Shown: positions 1-6,722 of the stretch, one piece after another
Layout: every line of letters begins with the position of its first letter
Position numbering within the stretch: position 1 is the stretch's first letter
Source: Candidatus Omnitrophota bacterium
Lineage (GTDB): Bacteria; Omnitrophota; Gorgyraeia; JABMRG01
Length of the DNA: 47,668 nt
Assembly: GCA_013202525.1 (NCBI GenBank)
Contig: JABMQS010000036.1
Location: 1-47,668, forward strand
Reading direction: 5' to 3'
Translations under genes and position numbers: made by a program
The notes under the pieces: generated by a model
The model's input: the letters and a program-made list of their open reading frames with translations, nothing else
The model's database searches: none
What the model was told of the DNA's origin: nothing

Positions 1-40
1 TCTTCAAGAACTACTTTGGGGCGGGTGATTGAGTTGCTGC
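1..40 (-). repeat. intergenic repeat motif C, copy 1 (cut by window edge)
   Basis: tcttcaagaactactttggggcgggtga matches 1581-1608 exactly, and similarity continues with one 1-nt indel. The core 18-mer actactttggggcgggtg lies at 10-27. Confidence 0.8.
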
Positions 41-483
41 AGGTTTTCTTCTATTCTCTTATAACCTATTATGATATTTTTACCTATCGATTTTTTTATT
101 TCGAAGATTAGATAGTCATTTTCCCTAAACGGGCAGGACAAGGCTTTATACTTTATTCCTGATTCCTGCGTTGGCCATCTATGCTTATAAAGAAAAGATA
201 TTTCAGGATCTTTCCATTTCCCGTTTAAGATTTCTAAATTGTTATAAGTAACTTTGTATACGTAGTTATAATAGTCACCGTCTAGTATTTTCTCAAGTTC
301 TAACCGTTCTCTAAATTTACCTTTTAATGTTATATCACCCTTAGTTTTATTGGGCGGCCAGATTAGTTTATTATCTTGCAAATAAGCATTAACGGTTCTT
401 TCGTGCTTAAAAATGCCGCAACCGCTACATCCCAATATAAGAGCGCACCCTAAAATTAACACGGCAATTATTCTTCTATCCAT
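4..483 (-). CDS. putative lipoprotein, unknown function
   Basis: 159-aa ORF. The N-terminus MDRRIIAVLILGCALILGCSGC looks like a signal peptide with a lipobox Cys. AGGAG lies 5 nt upstream of the ATG. The last ~13 codons lie inside repeat motif C at the window edge, so the 3' end is uncertain. Confidence 0.55.
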   Translation of the reverse strand: MDRRIIAVLILGCALILGCSGCGIFKHERTVNAYLQDNKLIWPPNKTKGDITLKGKFRERLELEKILDGDYYNYVYKVTYNNLEILNGKWKDPEISFLYKHRWPTQESGIKYKALSCPFRENDYLIFEIKKSIGKNIIIGYKRIEENLQQLNHPPQSSS

Positions 484-509
484 CGCTTCTCCTACCTAAA
501 CTGCTCCTT

Positions 510-1547
510 TTACTTCTTCTCTACCACTTCTATGGTAATGGTGTTGGAGGTGAGGGTGCCTGAAAAAACACCGTCCATCTCTGCAATGCCTCCGTTCTTT
601 TTCATATACCAATTTTCTCCTTTGTAGTTTGCTTTTATCTTATACATTCCTTTCGCAAATTTCCAAGTAGTTATAATATCTGCATCATAACTTATTGTTT
701 GACCAGAATGAAGCGTAGCGTAGTCACTTTCCCGCAGCATGACGCTTGCCTGCGGTCTAATACGCTCAAGATTACCATCTTTAGTCTCTATTGCCCAGAA
801 AGGAAAATAATTATTATGCACATCTGGAATAAGGTAAACAAAATCATACTGGCTTATGTTATTTAGTGAGGCAGTTAAAACTATCTCCTCCCCCACCTCA
901 TACACATCCTTATCTGATTTTATGGTAAGCTGGAAGGGTTGGGGTTTTGCCAAGGTAGACCTCCAAATAGGAATTCCTTTCTTTAGGCCCTCAGGGTCTT
1001 GTTCTCCTTTAATAAGGACAACCGATGCTCCTGTAATTTTGTTTAGAGCATCTGCTAAGGTATATTGAAATCTCTCGTGGGCAGTGGCGCTTTCACCACC
1101 TGGCTCCCGAATTGCAAACCGTTCTGCAACAATAAGCATAAAAGGGACAGGTCTTTTATCTCTTAAACTACCTAATGCTTTGGCACATTTAATTTGGACA
1201 TCATCAGCTGGGTGGCACAACCCACTTGTAAGACACCAAATCGCATTGGCTTCAGAAAGCTCTTTAACGCCTTCAAACCACTCTCTATTTCTTTTTTTTG
1301 CATTAAGTTTTTCGTAAGATAACTTCAAGGTAGGGTTGCTTGACAATTCCTTTGCTAGGCCTATCTTTACTTCATCTGTGAGGGGTGGGCATTCTGGATA
1401 TGAGATTATCCACATAGGACGAGTAATAACGGCATCAATTAGTTCCTGTGTTTCCTTAGAAACAACTGGTTCTGCTTGCTTTGTTTGCCCATACCCAACA
1501 CTCACCGTTAACAGCAATATTGTCATTGTAAGTAATATCTTTTTCAC
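510..1547 (-). CDS. secreted protein, unknown function (helical N-terminal part, beta-rich C-terminal part)
   Basis: 345-aa ORF with a GTG start 8 nt after AAGGAG. N-terminal signal peptide MKKILLTMTILLLTVSVGYGQ. I recognise no family motif. Confidence 0.6.
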   Translation of the reverse strand: MKKILLTMTILLLTVSVGYGQTKQAEPVVSKETQELIDAVITRPMWIISYPECPPLTDEVKIGLAKELSSNPTLKLSYEKLNAKKRNREWFEGVKELSEANAIWCLTSGLCHPADDVQIKCAKALGSLRDKRPVPFMLIVAERFAIREPGGESATAHERFQYTLADALNKITGASVVLIKGEQDPEGLKKGIPIWRSTLAKPQPFQLTIKSDKDVYEVGEEIVLTASLNNISQYDFVYLIPDVHNNYFPFWAIETKDGNLERIRPQASVMLRESDYATLHSGQTISYDADIITTWKFAKGMYKIKANYKGENWYMKKNGGIAEMDGVFSGTLTSNTITIEVVEKK

Positions 1548-1578
1548 TTAAATAGCTCCTTTAGCCAGCCTTGCTGAC

Positions 1579-1620
1579 GTTCTTCAAGAACTACTTTGGG
1601 GCGGGTGAATTGAGTTGTTA
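1579..1620 (-). repeat. intergenic repeat motif C, copy 2
   Basis: Lies between the stop of 1625-1954 and the RBS of 510-1547. Contains a perfect 13-nt palindrome gttcttcaagaac (1579-1591) and the core 18-mer (1590-1607). Confidence 0.8.
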
Positions 1621-1624
1621 TCTT

Positions 1625-1954
1625 TTATTCTATTCCTTTTCGATAAATTTCTTTTAGTTTCTTTTTTGAATCAAAGATTATGGACCAGGCATAGAATTGG
1701 TTTTTACTAGTATCACATTTGATATATAACCACCTTTGTTTACTATCATACATGTAAATATTTAGTGGTTTTCCAAGAAGTCGTCTAGCTTCTTCTGTTG
1801 ACATGCCTTTCTTGAGGCAATTATCTTTTAGCCATATAAAATCTTCCACATTTTTTTCTTTTTTCCATCTTTCTGATATTTCGTCAACCTTTGCAGAGAC
1901 ACAACCTGATAGAATTGTCGAGGCAATAATTAGGAGTATTATTATCCTTTTCAT
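1625..1954 (-). CDS. small lipoprotein, unknown function (possibly BamE/SmpA-OmlA-like)
   Basis: ATG at 1954 (MKRIIILLIIASTILSGC, lipobox) is preceded by GAGAGGAG. The longer track ORF begins at a TTG. The segment GMSTEEARRLLGKP resembles BamE-type small lipoproteins, but this is a weak resemblance. Confidence 0.55.
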   Translation of the reverse strand: MKRIIILLIIASTILSGCVSAKVDEISERWKKEKNVEDFIWLKDNCLKKGMSTEEARRLLGKPLNIYMYDSKQRWLYIKCDTSKNQFYAWSIIFDSKKKLKEIYRKGIE

Positions 1955-2006
1955 TCTAAAATAACTCCTCTCAATTAGCAATTAGAGACTAGCTATATTT
2001 ACCCCT

Positions 2007-2036
2007 ATTCTACGCCTATAGAGGGGGTGTTTTCAA
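2007..2036 (-). promoter_or_regulatory. sigma70-like promoter, module A copy 1 (TTGAAA-N18-TAGAAT)
   Basis: Minus strand reads TTGAAAacaccccctctataggcgTAGAAT upstream of 1625-1954. The same spacer sequence recurs at 2833-2862 and 14434-14463. Confidence 0.55.
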
Positions 2037-2072
2037 GCTTTTTTTGTTTCTGTAAGAACTGACCACCTATAT

Positions 2073-2124
2073 AAAAACCCAAGCGGCTAAGGCTTGGGTC
2101 GTGTGGCTGTTTCTCTTTTTATGT
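2073..2124 (-). terminator. Rho-independent terminator plus conserved 3'UTR, module B copy 1
   Basis: Minus strand forms CCCAAGC-N7-GCTTGGG followed by TTTTT (hairpin 2078-2098). 2074-2124 matches 13531-13581 at 49 of 51 positions. Confidence 0.7.
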
Positions 2125-2175
2125 TTAGTCTTCACATCTGGTTAAAATATTCCTTTGCCTTATTTATAGGGGCCA

Positions 2176-2811
2176 TTACAGGTCCCTATAAATGCTAAGA
2201 GAGCATTCTAACAATGTAACTTTTCCTTTGGCTTCTTGCTTGTCTTGTGTCACATCTTGAGTCGATACATATGCGCATAAATCTTTTTTTCTGGCCCAGA
2301 TACTCACCACATCATAAACACCTCTACCTCGGTAGCATCTATGCTTGGAGACTTCCTTAATATTCCATCCGTTATTAACCAATTCTTGTTTATAAAAATC
2401 AGCAACCTCCTCAAAGTCGGCATTTACATTAAAACACGATTCAAACCTTGGGCCTTGACCGCTTCCGCTAAAGGGGTTTATACTTGTTGAAAGCTTCTCA
2501 GCGCTGGGATACATAGGGATTTCTCGTCTTGCAGTCAAACGAAGATGTCTTTCTATTAATAAAGTTGGTCCTCGGAAAGCTATTGGCCAGCTAATTAACG
2601 CAACAACTACAATGCTCCACCAAGGCAGTGCAGGAATCATTCTTTTTTTTGCTAATAATATAAATATGCCAACGGATACTAAAATTGGCAGAAGAACAGG
2701 ATATATAAGTATTACCACCATGGGGGTTTGGTCTATAATAAGTAAAACATCTAATAAAATCCCGACTGCTATACCTATCACTATACCCAATACGATTCTT
2801 CTCTTCTTCAT
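2176..2811 (-). CDS. membrane protein, unknown function
   Basis: 211-aa ORF with GGAGG 5 nt upstream of the ATG. It has about 3 N-terminal hydrophobic helices and a soluble C-terminal domain (ADFYKQELVNNGWNI). Confidence 0.6.
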   Translation of the reverse strand: MKKRRIVLGIVIGIAVGILLDVLLIIDQTPMVVILIYPVLLPILVSVGIFILLAKKRMIPALPWWSIVVVALISWPIAFRGPTLLIERHLRLTARREIPMYPSAEKLSTSINPFSGSGQGPRFESCFNVNADFEEVADFYKQELVNNGWNIKEVSKHRCYRGRGVYDVVSIWARKKDLCAYVSTQDVTQDKQEAKGKVTLLECSLSIYRDL

Positions 2812-2832
2812 AACTACCTCCTATTCACTCCA

Positions 2833-2887
2833 ATTTTACGCCTATAGAGGGGGTGTTTTCAAGGATATTTTGTGTTTTGGGAAAACT
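2833..2887 (-). promoter_or_regulatory. sigma70-like promoter, module A copy 2 (TTGAAA-N18-TAAAAT) with conserved upstream extension
   Basis: The -10 is at 2833-2838 and the -35 at 2857-2862. 2837-2887 is nearly identical to 14437-14489 (2 substitutions and 1 indel). Confidence 0.55.
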
Positions 2888-3275
2888 CTTTCAGAACTGA
2901 CCTTAGTTCCTTTCGGAACTGACCACCTTTTATGGAAGACAATATCTAGACAGATACAGGTAGTTTATGGGACCCAAGAGGCCTTTTGAAAAGGGGGACG
3001 GCTTGGTGTCCATATAGTGTCCATCACGCACATACATAGCCATACATACACATACGTTGCCATACATTGAAATTTGACGTAAGTCTAAAGGAAGGAATGT
3101 ATTTGTAGCAATTGTAAGGAGTTATGAAAATTGCCTTAGTCAGTTCCGGAAACTGGTGCTCCCCGCGGCGCTTAACTATCCTCCGCCGTAGGCGGATCCG
3201 CCTTTTGCGCCTGGGGCGCATCTGCCTTTGGCTGAGGCGGAAACTGAGCTACAGGCGCTCCAGGAGTTCCTTGCG

Positions 3276-3593
3276 CTAATCTAGCCCATCAGGAGGCAAC
3301 TCGACACTTGTCACCGTCCAATCATCACCAAAATTCTTCTTATTAAGGTGGACTGTTATGGTCTGGTAGTCGTCAACGACTTCGACGATTGCGCCGCTTT
3401 TTCCTTCGACAACATGCGCGGTGGTAAGATCGTCAACATCACAGTCATAATTATCAGCGACATATTGCTTTGCTATCATCTCCACAGTATACATGGACGG
3501 ATTACGCTCTGAGAGGTCATACTCCTCGGCAGAGTAGCCAATAGCCGGAGAAAAAACAAAGACTGCTATAATAAGCCACGCTATATTTCTCAT
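3276..3593 (-). CDS. small secreted protein, unknown function
   Basis: 105-aa ORF with AGGAGG 6 nt upstream of the ATG. Signal peptide MRNIAWLIIAVFVFSPAIGYSA; the mature part is acidic. Confidence 0.6.
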   Translation of the reverse strand: MRNIAWLIIAVFVFSPAIGYSAEEYDLSERNPSMYTVEMIAKQYVADNYDCDVDDLTTAHVVEGKSGAIVEVVDDYQTITVHLNKKNFGDDWTVTSVELPPDGLD

Positions 3594-3619
3594 TTTCGTC
3601 CTCCTGTCTAATTTTTTAT

Positions 3620-3649
3620 ATTATACTATAGCCGCTTATGGAACAGCAA
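3620..3649 (-). promoter_or_regulatory. sigma70-like promoter (TTGCTG-N18-TATAAT)
   Basis: Minus strand reads TTGCTGttccataagcggctatagTATAAT, about 25 nt upstream of the ATG at 3593. Confidence 0.4.
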
Positions 3650-3653
3650 GGGA

Positions 3654-5228
3654 TTAATCGCGGCCTGGTGAACTTTTAATCAACCCCAGATTATGGCGGG
3701 GATTTGTATAAGCGCTATCCAATGCTATCGCCTTTTCGAATGCTGCGATAGCCTCTTTGCGCATGCCAAGATGATAATATATATAGCCTAGCGTGTTGTA
3801 GGCCTCTGCGGAATTCGGATCTGCCTCGATCGCCGTCAGGCACAGCCCCAGGGCCTCCTGGCCTTTCCCGATCCTTGTGCTGAGTATGGCCAGGCCAAGA
3901 TAGGAGTTGATATATCCCGGGTTTAATGATATCGCCTTCTTAAATGTCTCTAAGGCTGGCCTTATTTCGCCACGGGAGCTGTATTCGCTGGCAAGCTTCT
4001 CGCATATTATGTAATTATCAGGCTCATGCTTCAGTATGTTTCTGTAAAATGTCACCGGGTCTCTCCATATCCTGTTCTGCCTGATCGTAGAACAGGAATA
4101 AGATATCAAAATAGCTGCTATGAGGGCTGTTGCCAAAATCCTTCTTGGCCATCTCCTGTACAGAAAAATAAGGAACCTTGACAGGAGTATGAAGAATGCC
4201 ACTGACGGCACATATAGATAATGCTCAGCCATATAAAAGGGCAGCGGATGAAAGATACCTGAAACAGGCAAAAGCGTTAAAAAGAACCAGAAGATACAGA
4301 AAGACAATATCTTGTCGTCTCTTCTCTTCTTCAGTGCGTAGAATAATAATAAAGAAAGTATTAAAGCGCCCAGGACGGCCTTGAAACCAACAGGATACAT
4401 CGAGGCCTTTCCATACCACATATGAAGATCAAACGGGAGAAGCAGGAGCCTCAAATAATTGGTCAGGGCAACACAAAACCTTGGCACTGCTTCAAGCGAA
4501 AAGGCGATCTGCCCGGTATGAGCAAAGATATTCTTCAGGATAAATACCCTTAAGAAGATGTAGATGCAGGCCAGGCCAAAGAGTGACAGAAAGGCCTTGC
4601 GCCTTAACCTGACCCTGTAAACATAGTGATAAAGCAGTAAAAGCGGTAAAAGGATCAGGCTGTTCTCCTTTGAGGCCAGGGCCAGCGCATAGGCCGGCAA
4701 CAGGATAAGATAGTTCTTCAGATTAGCCTGTTTTATGTAGAAGATAAAGGCCAGCAGCATAAAAAGCAGGGCCAGCGAATCTGCCCTGCCTGATACATAA
4801 TCTACAGCCTCTGTGTGTATGGGGTGTATAACAAAGAATAGAGCTGCCAAAAGAGCAAGCAGTCTATCTTTTGAAAGAAGCCCAACAAACCAGTAGAGGC
4901 CTAATGCGACAAGGATGTGCAGCAGGATATTCGTAAGATGATAAGTGAAGGGTTTGAGCCCGCTGATATAATAATTCAGCATATAGGTCGATGTCTGAAG
5001 CGGGCGATAAAAGGCCCATGCCTGGCCAGGATATGATCTCCTATAACCTGCGCCTATACACTCGGTAAAGGCCTTCGGCAAGCTGGATACGTCTCTTATA
5101 TAGGCGTTGTCTACTACCAGGGAGTAATCATCCCACACAAAACCATTGTTAAGGGAATTTGCATAGACCACCAGGCCGATAAGTATGATAAGGATTATAT
5201 GTAGAGGTAAGATCTTTTCCTGGGGCAT
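3654..5228 (-). CDS. polytopic membrane protein with C-terminal TPR repeats (GT-C / PMT-TMTC-like glycosyltransferase candidate)
   Basis: 524 aa. The first loop carries an N-terminal FVWDD motif typical of GT-C mannosyltransferase-like proteins. There are many TM helices, and the C-terminal ~130 aa are TPR-like (AEAYNTLGYIYYHLGMRKEAIAAFEKAIALD). Confidence 0.65.
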   Translation of the reverse strand: MPQEKILPLHIILIILIGLVVYANSLNNGFVWDDYSLVVDNAYIRDVSSLPKAFTECIGAGYRRSYPGQAWAFYRPLQTSTYMLNYYISGLKPFTYHLTNILLHILVALGLYWFVGLLSKDRLLALLAALFFVIHPIHTEAVDYVSGRADSLALLFMLLAFIFYIKQANLKNYLILLPAYALALASKENSLILLPLLLLYHYVYRVRLRRKAFLSLFGLACIYIFLRVFILKNIFAHTGQIAFSLEAVPRFCVALTNYLRLLLLPFDLHMWYGKASMYPVGFKAVLGALILSLLLFYALKKRRDDKILSFCIFWFFLTLLPVSGIFHPLPFYMAEHYLYVPSVAFFILLSRFLIFLYRRWPRRILATALIAAILISYSCSTIRQNRIWRDPVTFYRNILKHEPDNYIICEKLASEYSSRGEIRPALETFKKAISLNPGYINSYLGLAILSTRIGKGQEALGLCLTAIEADPNSAEAYNTLGYIYYHLGMRKEAIAAFEKAIALDSAYTNPRHNLGLIKSSPGRD

Positions 5229-5252
5229 AGGTTTGTGTGAATGAGGTTCTGG

Positions 5253-5978
5253 TTAAGAGAATCTACCCATAACTACACTGACAGTAAATATGCAGGCTGT
5301 GTCGACCTTTAAGACAAGGGGGCCTAAGCTGACGGGGTCACAATTATTATCCCTGGCAAGCCCTGTCTCCTGCCTGGTAAAATCACCTTCAGGTCCGATG
5401 AATATAGCCACGTCCTTTTTACTCCCTGAAAGCGCCTTGTCCAGAGACCTGGTTCCCTCACAAAGGCAGGGCATGATCTTCCTTGCATAACCCAGTTCGC
5501 CGGCGATATTAAGGGCATCCTTAAAATTCATAGGCTCATATATCTTCGGCAGTGTATCTCTGCCGCACTGCTTAGACGCCTCGACCGCGATCTTATCCCA
5601 TCGCCTCTGCTTGGAGGCCCTGCTCTTTTTATCTACCTTCACTATTGTGCGCTCTGTTATCATGGGTACGATCTCAGAGACACCTAACTCTGTGGCCTTC
5701 TCAACAATATAGTCTATCTTGCTCTTTTTGGGCAGTGCGCATGCCAGAAGCACCTTTGGCACATCTATGCATTTTGATGAGACCTTCTCTATCTCTGCCT
5801 CGACCTTATCGGTCAGGCTCCTGATGCGCAGCGTATATACCTTGCCGGCGCCATCGAGACCCAGGAACCTATCACCAACTTTAAGCCTTATGACATCCTT
5901 TATGTGATGCGCCTCCTGGCCGTCTATGATTATACGGTTATCTCTGATTGTCTTATTGTCCAAGAAAAATCTTCTCAT
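5253..5978 (-). CDS. rsmE: 16S rRNA (uracil1498-N3)-methyltransferase
   Basis: Begins MRRFFLD...GQEAHHIKDVIRLKVGD and has the C-terminal IFIGPEGDFTRQE motif. The ATG at 5978 overlaps the upstream stop (ATGA, 5975-5978). The track ORF extends further 5' into the neighbouring gene. Confidence 0.85.
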   Translation of the reverse strand: MRRFFLDNKTIRDNRIIIDGQEAHHIKDVIRLKVGDRFLGLDGAGKVYTLRIRSLTDKVEAEIEKVSSKCIDVPKVLLACALPKKSKIDYIVEKATELGVSEIVPMITERTIVKVDKKSRASKQRRWDKIAVEASKQCGRDTLPKIYEPMNFKDALNIAGELGYARKIMPCLCEGTRSLDKALSGSKKDVAIFIGPEGDFTRQETGLARDNNCDPVSLGPLVLKVDTACIFTVSVVMGRFS

Positions 5979-6652
5979 AATGTCCTTAAGTATTCTACCG
6001 CGGTCTTGATTATAATGTGCCCGCCCAAAACGACCAGTACAACTCCACATATCTTCTGAAATATGGCAAGGTTCTTCTCATCCTGCAGCAGCTTAAGCCT
6101 TGGTATGGCCCCTGCCAGCATGCCCATAAAGATAAGCGGCGAGATAATGGTCCCAAGCCCGAATGCAGCGCTCATAAGAAGGCCCTGAAAAAAATTGGTC
6201 GATATCATCGTTATATAAGAGAGCACACCGACAAGCGGGACACACGGAAAGATACCCACCAGCACACCAAGGGTTATGAGGCTTTTTGTATCATTTTGTA
6301 TAAGGGAATCATTAAGAAGCCTGCATATCTTTAAATGGCTGTCTTTGCCGAAGAATATGAGCACTCCCAAAAACAGAATAAATATGCCCCCAAATAACCA
6401 TATGATATAACCCGGCATCTCCCAGTAGTAGCTGCGAAAGAGCGCTGCCCCTGTAAAACCTGCGACAACCCCCAGCAAAACATAGACCACGAACCTGCTT
6501 ATAGAAAAGACAAACCAGCTCCACAGGCCGCCCAGAGCCGATTTTTTGGTCCCTGCAATATAGCTTATGAGTACAGGCCCGCACGTAGCAAGGCATGGAC
6601 CTGTGCCAAGGATAAGCCCTGTTAAAAATAGACTGATACATATACGTAACAT
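5975..6652 (-). CDS. DsbD_2/CcdA-like transmembrane thiol-disulfide (cytochrome c biogenesis-type) protein
   Basis: About 225 aa starting at MLRICISLFLTGLILGTGPCLATCGP. It has roughly 6 TM helices, a Cys pair in TM1 and a later FPCVP motif. The 270 nt further 5' in the track ORF overlaps the divergent promoter region and was dropped. Confidence 0.55.
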   Translation of the reverse strand: MLRICISLFLTGLILGTGPCLATCGPVLISYIAGTKKSALGGLWSWFVFSISRFVVYVLLGVVAGFTGAALFRSYYWEMPGYIIWLFGGIFILFLGVLIFFGKDSHLKICRLLNDSLIQNDTKSLITLGVLVGIFPCVPLVGVLSYITMISTNFFQGLLMSAAFGLGTIISPLIFMGMLAGAIPRLKLLQDEKNLAIFQKICGVVLVVLGGHIIIKTAVEYLRTL

Positions 6653-6659
6653 AGCATAT

Positions 6660-6688
6660 ATACTACTATGCAATTGACCTTTTGTCAA
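6660..6688 (-). promoter_or_regulatory. sigma70-like promoter (TTGACA-N17-TAGTAT), possibly giving a leaderless mRNA
   Basis: The -35 is at 6683-6688 and the -10 at 6660-6665. The -10 ends 7 nt before the ATG at 6652, and there is no SD. Confidence 0.4.
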
Positions 6689-6702
6689 AAAGATAGTAGA
6701 AT
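6674..6702 (+). promoter_or_regulatory. sigma70-like promoter (TTGACC-N17-TAGAAT)
   Basis: The -35 is at 6674-6679 and the -10 at 6697-6702. GAGGT then lies 8 nt before the ATG at 6723. Confidence 0.5.
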
Positions 6703-6722
6703 TGCCCTTGAGGTAAAAAGAT

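Noticed and set aside
1579-1620. Integron attC site or gene-cassette array in the AT-rich islets
   Set aside because: No RYYYAAC / GTTRRRY core sites or imperfect attC inverted repeats are present. The cassettes carry their own promoters and terminators, and there is no intI in the window.
3024-3221. 65-aa minus-strand ORF (MRPRRKRRIRLRRR...)
   Set aside because: It has no RBS. The N-terminal Arg run is the translation of GC-rich palindromes, and the remainder crosses an AT-rich CATA-repeat tract. It is kept only as part of the unexplained GC-rich element finding.
3215-3240. Possible SRP (4.5S) RNA: the minus strand reads CAGCCAAAGGCAGATG, close to the conserved helix-8 3' strand (CAGCCAAGGCAGAUG in E. 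coli, from memory)
   Set aside because: The adjacent GGAA/GNRA tetraloop with GGAAGC context is missing. I also could not pair a complementary 5' strand or close a long terminal stem. This is probably a chance match, and cmscan would settle it.
3243-3262. tRNA-like 5' fragment (minus strand GCGCCTGTAGCTCAGTT)
   Set aside because: Only the acceptor/D-arm-like 14-17 nt are present. There is no D-stem closure, anticodon arm, T arm or matching 3' acceptor. This is not enough to call a tRNA remnant or att site.
5979-6050. 5' extensions of track ORFs. The same applies to 6653-6922, 33976-34005, 34790-34831, 30365-30466, 13990-14013 and 1955-1981.
   Set aside because: The extensions overlap the upstream gene or promoter, lack an RBS, or begin at TTG. 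Internal ATGs give the canonical family N-termini (MRRFF for RsmE, MFTGS for DapA, and so on).
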